DNA of 64,000 nt from an uncultured virus (IMG/VR IMGVR_UViG_3300011240_000038) (Duplodnaviria; Heunggongvirae; Uroviricota; Caudoviricetes). Position numbers and translations under genes: made by a program. The stretch lies in IMG/VR virus record IMGVR_UViG_3300011240_000038. The stretch is one strand, 5' to 3'. The notes beneath the pieces were generated by a model. That model was not told where the DNA came from, did not search any database, and saw only the letters and a program-made list of their open reading frames with translations. Positions 40,540-49,518 of this stretch are shown piece after piece; the stretch's first letter is position 1, and each line of letters begins with the position of its first letter.

Positions 40540-41252
40540 TTAGAATAAATGATAAAACTATATATGAATTTGGTGGGGAGTTACTTGGAAAGAAGGTAAC
40601 TCCTTCATCTTTTTATAAAGAAATATCACATGATACACCTTCTTATAAACCGATACTGTTAACTGCGCAGTTCTTAAGTGGCATGATAGAAGTAGATGTT
40701 ATAGTGAAAGGTACAACGGAAGAAGAAACAAATATATTATGTAGTAACCTAGTTAAAGAAATAAGTGATAGTTATATAAGATTTATAGGTGAGAATATGG
40801 TATATAAGTGTCTTTTAGATAAGTTTGCAGGAAGCGAAGTACTCTTTGATATTTTAGAACAAAAATATTCAATGGGTATTTATATTGTATTAACATATAC
40901 AGAATCTTATATGGATCAGATTACCGAAACCATGAACCGAATAACCACTAAAACAATAAATGTACCAGGCAACGAAGAAACTCCAGCTATAGTAGAAATA
41001 ACACCTTCCGTAACTATAGCAGATATAGTAATCAATGGATTAAGTGATGAACCTATGACTATTAGAATCTTAACAGGTGGTAAAAAAGTAATTATAGATG
41101 GTGAAGAAGGTACCGTAACAGTGGATGGAATTAATAAGTTTAATGACACTGATATGTGGGAGTTCCCAAGACTTAAACCAGGAGCAAATACTATTACAGT
41201 TAGTAGAAACAATGTAGATATAAATATTAAATATAAACCAAGATTTATTTAA
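40539..41252 (+). CDS. Distal tail protein (Dit) with an apparent non-canonical ATT/ATA start
   Basis: Frame open from 40536/40539 behind GGGGAGG; C-terminal FPRLKPGANTI..KYKPRFI. Confidence 0.75.
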   Translation: MRINDKTIYEFGGELLGKKVTPSSFYKEISHDTPSYKPILLTAQFLSGMIEVDVIVKGTTEEETNILCSNLVKEISDSYIRFIGENMVYKCLLDKFAGSEVLFDILEQKYSMGIYIVLTYTESYMDQITETMNRITTKTINVPGNEETPAIVEITPSVTIADIVINGLSDEPMTIRILTGGKKVIIDGEEGTVTVDGINKFNDTDMWEFPRLKPGANTITVSRNNVDINIKYKPRFI

Positions 41253-41425
41253 GAAAGGATGATTTAAATGAAAGAAATAATTATAAATGAAAGTGGAATA
41301 GAGGTAAGGGATGGAGAATTAAAAGTTAAAGCGTCTGAAATAGCAAGTGTTAAATTTATATTCTAACAAAAGAGCTTACATATGTAGGCTTTTTTTAATA
41401 CTTAAAAATGAAAGGATGATTTTTT

Positions 41426-41671
41426 ATGTTAAAAACAAATAAAAGTATTACATTAACAGGATATAGCATTATAGAAAATAAACAAGTAGTATACATGAAT
41501 GCTACAATTTCCACAGATGGAGGAAATGTTGGGAGTGTAACAAGGAGCATACAAAACCAAGAATTGTATAATGCTAATAAAGTTGAAGTAAGAGCTGATA
41601 TGGATGCATTTGACAAGAAACTCTATGCAATAGAAGATGAATTGGTAGGAGGTACTGTAAATGAAGCTTAG
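41426..41671 (+). CDS. Small tail-associated phage protein
   Basis: MLKTNKSITLTG.S, ELYNANK.EVR.D. Confidence 0.65.
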   Translation: MLKTNKSITLTGYSIIENKQVVYMNATISTDGGNVGSVTRSIQNQELYNANKVEVRADMDAFDKKLYAIEDELVGGTVNEA

Positions 41672-42044
41672 TAATGAAAGAATAGTAAATGATGCAAATG
41701 TACTAGGTGCAATATCACAGAAGAATTTACCTATAAAAGTTTCTTATGCTATAGCTAAGAATATAGCAAAGATTGAAGCTGAAATTAAAGTCTACAATAA
41801 AGAAAGACAAAAGCTTATAGAAAAGTATTCTGTGAAAGATGAAGAGGGTAAACCATTAATAGAAGATAATAGCATTAAAATTGCACCAGAACATGTTGAA
41901 GATTGGAATAGAGATATTAAGGAACTATTAGCAATAGAGAATGAAGTAGATATTCATAAGTTTCATATAGATGAGCTTATAAACTCTAAGTGTGATATGA
42001 GTCCAGCAGAGCTAATGCTAATAGATTATATGATAGAGGAATAA
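41661..42044 (+). CDS. DUF1617-like phage protein
   Basis: LPIKVSYAIAKN, ERQKLIEKY. Confidence 0.7.
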   Translation: MKLSNERIVNDANVLGAISQKNLPIKVSYAIAKNIAKIEAEIKVYNKERQKLIEKYSVKDEEGKPLIEDNSIKIAPEHVEDWNRDIKELLAIENEVDIHKFHIDELINSKCDMSPAELMLIDYMIEE

Positions 42045-42077
42045 AAGTACCTCTATTAGATGGGAGGTGCTTAAATA

Positions 42078-45000
42078 TTGTTACAATTATATGACTTAAA
42101 CAAGATAAAAATAAAAGGCTTAACGCTATATAAAGACATGAATATAGAAAGTGTATTGTCCAGTGGAGATAAGACACTTTCTTTTTTATATCCTTCCAGG
42201 CTATCTAAGGACATTAAAGAAGAATGTTATATAAGAACTAAAAAGGATGAGTTTGTAGTAAAAGAAATATCTACAAATGGGGAATGGAACTCTATAAAGG
42301 CAACTCTTAATGTAGAGAATTTAGAAGGTCAGGCATGGGAGCACTTTGATACTACAGAGAAAACTATTAGTGAATGTTTAACTCTTGCAGTAGCTGGAAC
42401 TGGATGGACGGTACAAGTTAATGGAGTAACTAAGAGAAGGACTATAAGAAAAACTAACTGTAGTACCTGGGATATTATCCAACAATCTAAAAAAACGTAT
42501 CTTGTAGAAATAGAATTTGATACTATAAACAAAGTTGTAAAAGTTGCTGAAAAACTTGGTAGTGACAAGGGAGTCTATTTTATGGACTCTCTTAATCTTA
42601 GAAAACTAGATGTACAATCTAACTCCTATGACTTTTTTACAAGGATTATAGCTATAGGAAAAGATGACCTTAAGACTACAATAGAAAACTTTCAATATTC
42701 CAGTAAGAAGAAAACTTTTATATGGAAGGATGAAAGATATACAGATGAAAATTCACTTAGAGAAGATGCGATTGCAAAGTTAGAAGAGTTAAGTAAACCT
42801 TATAAAAGTTATGGAGCTGATATAGTAGATCTCGCAAGCATTAATGATAAGTATAGCATTTTATCATATGGTCTTGGAGACATAATTACTCTTATATCTA
42901 AAGAAGAAGGTATTAAAGAAAAGCAAAGAATAGTTAAAATGGTAGAATATCCGGATGAACCTGATAAAAATACATGTGAGATAGCAAACACTATATTGAC
43001 ATTTGAGGATATGCAAAAGGAATATGAAGATACTTCTAAAACTGTAAACAATATTACTAGCAGTAACGGAACTATATCTGAAGGAGCTATAAAGGGTACA
43101 GTAGAAAAAATTACAATTAATAAGGCGGACATACAGAACCTTAATGCAGTTGAAATTAGAGTTGGTGATCTTGAGGCTACAAGTGCTACAATAACACAAC
43201 TAGATGCAGCTAATGCTAATATAGTAAAGTTACAGGCTGATAAAGCAGATATAACAGAACTTAATGCTGGTGTAGGAAGAATAGAGATATTAGAAAGTAG
43301 CGTAGGAGATATACAAACTCTTGTTAATGGTAATCTTACATCTAACAATATCCAATCTTTAATCCTAACTAGTGATAAAGTAACTGTAGTAAATGGTTTT
43401 ATTAAAAACGCCATGATTGAGAACCTAGATGTATCTAAAATAAATGCTGGAGACATATCTGTAAATAAGTTCCGAATAAAATCTGATAGTGGAAATCTTC
43501 TAATATTTGATAACACTATACAAATTAAGGATGGTACAAGGGTTAGGGTTCAGATAGGAAAAGATGCTAGTTCTGACTACAACATGTATGTATGGGATAG
43601 TTCCGGAAAGCTAATGTTTGATGCCACAGGATTAAAAGCAGATGGTATAAAACAAAAGATAATCAGAGATGATATGGTATCTGATAATGCAAATATCCAG
43701 GGGAATAAGCTTAATATATCTAGTGTAGTAACAAGTATTAATAATGGAGCTACAACTATTAATAGTAGCAAAGTACTCCTAGATGGTACTGCACAGACTC
43801 TTGATGTAGCATTTAATACTCTTACAACTAAAGTGGATAGTGCTCCTCCTACTATAATTACAGACAACTCTGTGACTAAGTTAGATGGTGCTATAGATGG
43901 AATGTTGAAGATTAATAGTATTAAGGGAAATACTTTACAGAATGTTTTACCTAAAGTAATATTCCTGGACGCTATTAAAACCTATAGTACAACAAGTACT
44001 GTTAATGTTGCATTAATAAGTGAAGCACCTGAAGTGTTTAATATTAAACCAAATACAGAGTATACTTTAATTTTTAAAGCTAATTATACAAACCTTACAT
44101 TAAGTTATTTTTACTTAGCCATGAATTATACAAATACTTCTGATGTTAATAAAGGTGTTCATTATCAAGCTTTAACTTCTACGGATAGTGGCAAAATATT
44201 TAAAATTAAATATACTACCACTTCTGATATAAAGAAGATAGTTAGTGTGTTTTTTGGTGGTAAAGAAGGTTCTGTTGATATACAAACTGGTGGTTACTAC
44301 ATGATGTTGGAAGGAGATTGGACTAACAAAGAAATACCTTACTTTGAAGGTATAAGAAGTGTCTCAGAAAATGGAGAGGCTTCGGAAATTGTAAGTAAAG
44401 GCGAGAACTTATTAGATATAAATAAAATAAAAGATTCTGGTAAGACAAGATCAGATGTTGTAGGTGACACTGTAACAGTATCTTCATTTGAAGCATATGC
44501 GTGGCTAAGAAGCTCTGTAGAGTGCAAAGTAAAGCCTAATACAGATTATTATTGTGATTTTGAAATTTCAGATACAACTAACGGGTTTGTAAATATAAAT
44601 ACACCTTTAGGATTTTTAAAAGATTTAGGTATAAAAGGTGGGACTTTTAACTCCGGAAATAACTCTAAGATAATCATAGGTCTTTATGCAACTACAACTA
44701 CTGCTAAAATTAATAATGTTACTTACTCTAATTTAAGATTAACCGAAGGAAATACGTCTAAACCTTATGAACCTTATAAGGAGCACAGACAACTTATAAC
44801 ATTAACTAACCCATTAAGGGGTTTACCTAATGGGGTGAGAGATACTGCTAAAGAAAATGAGGTTACTAGGAATGTAGGTAAAGGGAATTTAGTCAACGTA
44901 GACTCATGGAATTGGGAAAGATACAACGCTAGTACAAACCTAGACGAGTTCTATACAAGATACTTTTCTGTACCCATAGGCTCCCCTAATGTTTTAGCTA

Positions 45001-47204
45001 CAATATGTGATACCTTACCAGCCCTTACAGATTATTATACAGGTCCAGCATTATTAGAAGGCGTATCCACATCTAACGCATATGCAGTTACAAGAATTTC
45101 ATTATCAAGGAATAAAACAGGGATAACCGACACTGATGACAGAATACAAAAAGCAGTTAAATTAAAAGCGTGGCTACAAGCTAACCCAGTTACAATATAT
45201 TATCAACTTGCAACACCAGTGAAAGAACCTATTAGTGTGGAGCAGTATATGAAGCAATTCAAAGATGGATATTTCTTAACTGAGGGTAGTCTAATTAATC
45301 CAATCATAGATTTAACTTACTCTACAAGTCTTGCAAGTGCATTGTCTACAATGAAGGAAGTTACAGAAAGTAATACAACAGCTCTAAACATTCAACAAGG
45401 TAAAATAAGTGCATTAATAAGTAACACTACAATAGTTAAAGATGGACAGAACATACAACTTAAAGATGCATATAACTCCACTGTAGCAACAGTAAACGCT
45501 ATAAGTAGTGTAATTAGTAGCCATACAAGTAATATAGATGCCCTAACAGGTCAAATAACTAGTGTAGAAACAAAGACTAATGAAGTAAGAAGGGACTTAG
45601 ATGGCATAGTAGACACTGTATCTAAGACAAAAGTTACTGCAGAGAGTGCATTATCTACGGCTACAGAAGCAAAGCAAACTGCAGATGGATTTACACAAAG
45701 AGTATCTAATATAGAAACTAACTATGCTACTACTTCAGCTATGAATTCTGCTATAAGTCAAAAAGCTGATAGTATAAAATTAGAAGTAAGTAAGGATTTT
45801 GTATCTAAAAATGATGCTACGTTGACTTATGCTACTAAAGCAAGTATGGAGCTCACAGCAAATCAATTGAAACTAGATTTTTTCTCTATAGATATAATAA
45901 ATCTTTTAAGCAATTCAAGTTTTTCGAATAGAGAAACTACAGGCTGGAATATGAGTGGTATCGGATTATATACTGGTAATGCTAATTTCTTTATGCCCAC
46001 AGATGGGTGGAGAGCTTTCAGCTTAACTAGCGACAGGGGACTCTTATATCAAAAAGGTATGATAGGCGAAAGATTACCTAAAAGAAATTCACAGTATACT
46101 TTTTCTCTTAGCAGCATAACAGAAAGTAATGTAGAAACATTTAGGCTATATATAGATTATAAGTTAGGAGCCAGCTATGTAGCTAATCAAGTCATCAATC
46201 TTAAAACTGGCTATAATATTAACCGATATTCTGTAACCTTTACGACAAAAGATATTAATTATGATACCTTCTTATTATATATAGAAGTAAAACCTAAAGC
46301 TGGTACTACTGGATATAGAGTGTTTAGTATTGGACTACCTTGTCTATCTAAGGGGGAGAATGGTTCTTATACAGCAAGGCAAAATGAAGTTATTAGTGGT
46401 TCTACAGAAATTGATGCCAATGGAGTAACTATTTACAATGGGGCAATAGATGTTAGGAATAGAGCAGGTAATTCTGTTTTAAAAGGTGATGCAAATGGAA
46501 ACTTAATGGTCAGAGGTAATCTTTATGCAGATCCAGCAAACCCAATTTTACACTTGTTTGGCGGATGCTCCATTGATGCGACATATAACAATGAACAAGG
46601 TGTAGGAAGTGCAGTAAGGCTTAAATGGGATGAAAATAGCTATATTCGTATTGATATAGGTTCTACAGATATATACCAAAATGGTATTGCTAGGTTTAGA
46701 TTTCATCCTAATTACTTGGATTGTAAACCACCAACTATTTACTTTGCAGACCAATGTAAAATAGATGCTAGTTCTGGTACATTTAGATTTTATATATCAA
46801 AGTCGGTTGATACAGGAATAAGAATATCTCCGGATGGTACTATTAGTTTTATGATTGCCGGAACACCTAGACATGTATTTAACACAAATGGAACGAAGGC
46901 TGGAGGAACTATAGTTGTAGATGGTGCTACACTTGGAATGTCTCCAATAGATAGTCCAAAGGTATTATTAGAAGATGTATTATTTGATATAGATATACAA
47001 GAAGAAGGAACTACAGTATCCTTAGACAGCACATTTCTTAAGACTATATCTACTTATGCAGTATTCTCTAGTAATCCAGGGGTAATTATAGTTTCTAAGG
47101 ATAGAACTAGCTTTACAGTAAGAGGATATAATGGAAAAGTTGATTTTAGAGTAATAGGATATCGTATTGGGTATGAAGAACAATATTATCAAGTAGTTGG
47201 TTAA
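42078..47204 (+). CDS. Large tail spike / Tal-receptor-binding protein
   Basis: N-terminal prophage tail endopeptidase-like region (TRIIAIGKD, WKDERY), coiled coils, internal beta-rich modules. Confidence 0.85.
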   Translation: MLQLYDLNKIKIKGLTLYKDMNIESVLSSGDKTLSFLYPSRLSKDIKEECYIRTKKDEFVVKEISTNGEWNSIKATLNVENLEGQAWEHFDTTEKTISECLTLAVAGTGWTVQVNGVTKRRTIRKTNCSTWDIIQQSKKTYLVEIEFDTINKVVKVAEKLGSDKGVYFMDSLNLRKLDVQSNSYDFFTRIIAIGKDDLKTTIENFQYSSKKKTFIWKDERYTDENSLREDAIAKLEELSKPYKSYGADIVDLASINDKYSILSYGLGDIITLISKEEGIKEKQRIVKMVEYPDEPDKNTCEIANTILTFEDMQKEYEDTSKTVNNITSSNGTISEGAIKGTVEKITINKADIQNLNAVEIRVGDLEATSATITQLDAANANIVKLQADKADITELNAGVGRIEILESSVGDIQTLVNGNLTSNNIQSLILTSDKVTVVNGFIKNAMIENLDVSKINAGDISVNKFRIKSDSGNLLIFDNTIQIKDGTRVRVQIGKDASSDYNMYVWDSSGKLMFDATGLKADGIKQKIIRDDMVSDNANIQGNKLNISSVVTSINNGATTINSSKVLLDGTAQTLDVAFNTLTTKVDSAPPTIITDNSVTKLDGAIDGMLKINSIKGNTLQNVLPKVIFLDAIKTYSTTSTVNVALISEAPEVFNIKPNTEYTLIFKANYTNLTLSYFYLAMNYTNTSDVNKGVHYQALTSTDSGKIFKIKYTTTSDIKKIVSVFFGGKEGSVDIQTGGYYMMLEGDWTNKEIPYFEGIRSVSENGEASEIVSKGENLLDINKIKDSGKTRSDVVGDTVTVSSFEAYAWLRSSVECKVKPNTDYYCDFEISDTTNGFVNINTPLGFLKDLGIKGGTFNSGNNSKIIIGLYATTTTAKINNVTYSNLRLTEGNTSKPYEPYKEHRQLITLTNPLRGLPNGVRDTAKENEVTRNVGKGNLVNVDSWNWERYNASTNLDEFYTRYFSVPIGSPNVLATICDTLPALTDYYTGPALLEGVSTSNAYAVTRISLSRNKTGITDTDDRIQKAVKLKAWLQANPVTIYYQLATPVKEPISVEQYMKQFKDGYFLTEGSLINPIIDLTYSTSLASALSTMKEVTESNTTALNIQQGKISALISNTTIVKDGQNIQLKDAYNSTVATVNAISSVISSHTSNIDALTGQITSVETKTNEVRRDLDGIVDTVSKTKVTAESALSTATEAKQTADGFTQRVSNIETNYATTSAMNSAISQKADSIKLEVSKDFVSKNDATLTYATKASMELTANQLKLDFFSIDIINLLSNSSFSNRETTGWNMSGIGLYTGNANFFMPTDGWRAFSLTSDRGLLYQKGMIGERLPKRNSQYTFSLSSITESNVETFRLYIDYKLGASYVANQVINLKTGYNINRYSVTFTTKDINYDTFLLYIEVKPKAGTTGYRVFSIGLPCLSKGENGSYTARQNEVISGSTEIDANGVTIYNGAIDVRNRAGNSVLKGDANGNLMVRGNLYADPANPILHLFGGCSIDATYNNEQGVGSAVRLKWDENSYIRIDIGSTDIYQNGIARFRFHPNYLDCKPPTIYFADQCKIDASSGTFRFYISKSVDTGIRISPDGTISFMIAGTPRHVFNTNGTKAGGTIVVDGATLGMSPIDSPKVLLEDVLFDIDIQEEGTTVSLDSTFLKTISTYAVFSSNPGVIIVSKDRTSFTVRGYNGKVDFRVIGYRIGYEEQYYQVVG

Positions 47205-47267
47205 GAGATTAGAGAAATCTAGTCTCTTTTTTATATACAAAAGACTTAAATGAAAGGACGGATGCGT

Positions 47268-48011
47268 ATGTTAAAACCACCTATTTCTCGCATGGGAGGT
47301 AAAAGTAAACTAAGGAAAACCATAATAGAAATGTTACCAGAACATACCTGCTATGTTGAGCTTTTCTTTGGAGCAGGATGGGTTTATTTTGGAAAGGAGC
47401 CAAGTAAAGTCGAGGTTATAAAAGAATTAATCAACCTATTTAAAACTATAAAATATCATGCTCCAGAAGTTGAAAGGTTATTGCAATATGAGTTTTCAGG
47501 ACGAGATATTTTTCAAGAATATAAAAATATCCCTATTGAGTATTTAACTGAGACTTATAGAGCTGTTAGATTTCTATATCTATTGAGCCAAAGTTTTGCA
47601 AGTAGAGGTAACCATTATGGCTATGGCACTAATACTAAACCTAGTCCTCAAATTTTTTACAAAGGTGTATTGGAAGACATAAAAAATAGACTCAGAAACA
47701 CTTATGTAGAAAATCTTAACTTTGAGAAGATAATAGATAAGTATGATAGGGATTACACAGTATTTTTTTGTGATCCTCCTTACTTTGAAACAACCGGATA
47801 TGGAAATACATTTGGAGAAAAAGAACATTTACTTCTTAGAGATAAATTAAATGGTATTAAAGGAAACTTTATCTTAACAATAAATGATCATGAAGAGGTT
47901 AGAGAATGGTATAAGGGTTTTAACATAAAGGAGGTGCAAGTAAATTATTCTGTAGGCAGAGAAAAAGCATCTAGGGGCAAATATAACGAGTTAATAATAA
48001 CTAATTATTAA
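47268..48011 (+). CDS. DNA adenine methyltransferase (D12 class), possibly inactivated
   Basis: RMGGKSKL, YVELFFGAG, FCDPPY; lacks the usual ND motif after KVEVI. Confidence 0.85.
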   Translation: MLKPPISRMGGKSKLRKTIIEMLPEHTCYVELFFGAGWVYFGKEPSKVEVIKELINLFKTIKYHAPEVERLLQYEFSGRDIFQEYKNIPIEYLTETYRAVRFLYLLSQSFASRGNHYGYGTNTKPSPQIFYKGVLEDIKNRLRNTYVENLNFEKIIDKYDRDYTVFFCDPPYFETTGYGNTFGEKEHLLLRDKLNGIKGNFILTINDHEEVREWYKGFNIKEVQVNYSVGREKASRGKYNELIITNY

Positions 48012-48023
48012 GGAAGGTGTAAT

Positions 48024-48257
48024 ATGAATGATGATTTAATTAAACATCAAATTGAAGTGCATGACGTTAGATTAAATGACCATAGTAAGCGTATTGATGA
48101 ACTTGAAAAAGGAAGAGCTGCTACAGATGTTAAGATGGATAACCTCTGTGAAAAGCTTGAAGCACAAACAAAGAGTATAAATTGGTTAATAGGACTTATG
48201 GCAACTAGTTTGTTAGGGTTCTTTTTTTATGCAATTCAAAGAAATATTTTTAAATAA
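48024..48257 (+). CDS. XhlA-like lysis protein
   Basis: RLNDHSKRIDELE coiled coil plus C-terminal TM ending FFFYAIQ. Confidence 0.8.
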   Translation: MNDDLIKHQIEVHDVRLNDHSKRIDELEKGRAATDVKMDNLCEKLEAQTKSINWLIGLMATSLLGFFFYAIQRNIFK

Positions 48258-48272
48258 GAAGGAGAGATAATT

Positions 48273-48524
48273 ATGGATTTTATTAATTACATTACAGAAA
48301 ATGCTTTAATACTTATACCAGTACTTCTAATAATCGGAGCTATTTTAAAGAACACTGAGGGAATAAAAGATAAGTATATTCCAGTAATTTTACTACCTAT
48401 AGGTATTGCATTAAGTGTATGGGTTATGGGTGGATTTAGTGCAGATAGTGTTATCCAAGGTATATTGGTAGTCGGAGCTGCAGTATATGGTAATCAATTA
48501 ATTAAACAAATATCAAAAGAATAG
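48273..48524 (+). CDS. Phage holin
   Basis: LILIPVL.IIG, DKYIP, IQGILV.GAAVY.NQ. Confidence 0.88.
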   Translation: MDFINYITENALILIPVLLIIGAILKNTEGIKDKYIPVILLPIGIALSVWVMGGFSADSVIQGILVVGAAVYGNQLIKQISKE

Positions 48525-48575
48525 TTTACAGAGTGGGAGCAATCTCACTCTTTTATATTTAAGGAGGAATGTTTT

Positions 48576-49349
48576 ATGAAAATAGGATTAAGATATGGAC
48601 ACTCTATTAATTGTAGAGGTGCTAGAGGAAAAATCGACGAAGTAGATAGTTGTAGGATTCTTTATGGCAAGATTAAAGCTTTACTAGAAGTACAAGGCCA
48701 TACAGTTATAGATTGTAATAGCAATGCTAACAATGTAAATTCAGAATTAAGTGAAGGTACTAATAAAGCAAATAATACGAAAGTAGATATATACATTACC
48801 ATACACATGAACTCATTTAATGGTAAAGCAAAAGGTGTTGAGTGTTGGGTATATGATACTAATAGTAAAACTGCAATAACTATAGGAAATAAAATATGTG
48901 CTAATATATCGAAACTAGGCACTCTAAATAGAGGGGTTAAATACAGTACAGGTTATCATGATTTAAATGCCAGTAGTATGGAATCTATAATAGTAGAAAG
49001 TTTATTCTGTGATAGTAGTCAAGATGCCGAATTATTTAAAAATAAAACTGATGAATTAGCAAGAGCTATTGCCAATGGAATTGATAATAGAGTGAGTTTA
49101 AATATATCTAAGCCACAAAAGCCAATTATTAAGGAGGAATATGATATGAAAAAGATAGTAACTTATTTAGGAGATGCAGATCTATTTGCTGCAGTAATGG
49201 TGGCTCAAAAATTATCTTGCCCATTAATGCGAGTTAATGATTTTAAAGCTAGTGGGTTAAAGGCAGAACAAGTAATTCAGATAGGTGGTAATGTGAATGA
49301 TACTAACAGATTTACAACAATGAAAAATGCAGCTAATAAGTATTTATAG
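48576..49349 (+). CDS. Endolysin, N-acetylmuramoyl-L-alanine amidase (Amidase_3)
   Basis: GHS..GA.G..DE, IHMNS, IVESLFCD. Confidence 0.92.
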   Translation: MKIGLRYGHSINCRGARGKIDEVDSCRILYGKIKALLEVQGHTVIDCNSNANNVNSELSEGTNKANNTKVDIYITIHMNSFNGKAKGVECWVYDTNSKTAITIGNKICANISKLGTLNRGVKYSTGYHDLNASSMESIIVESLFCDSSQDAELFKNKTDELARAIANGIDNRVSLNISKPQKPIIKEEYDMKKIVTYLGDADLFAAVMVAQKLSCPLMRVNDFKASGLKAEQVIQIGGNVNDTNRFTTMKNAANKYL

Positions 49350-49357
49350 GAGATTTA

Positions 49358-49392
49358 GAGGGTAGTGACTTCGGTTGCTGCCCTTATTTTTT
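49358..49392 (+). terminator. Terminator after the lysis module
   Basis: AGGGTAGTGAC-TTCG-GTTGCTGCCCT then TATTTTTT. Confidence 0.8.
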
Positions 49393-49518
49393 ATGCCTAT
49401 TTTGTTAAAAATATGGACAAGTTGTAAATATATGATAAGATGAAATAGAGGATAATTTAATACTCATCATGTAGTAATTAATATTGAAATGTAAATTTTA
49501 TATTTTTAGAGGTGTAAT

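Noticed and set aside
42329..43867. Long minus-strand ORFs (e.g. 42809-43516; likewise 38178-38768)
   Set aside because: Antisense shadows of strongly biased structural genes, with no RBS or recognisable motifs.
42078..47204. Diversity-generating retroelement or invertible tail-fibre system
   Set aside because: No reverse transcriptase, template repeat or invertase seen in the window.
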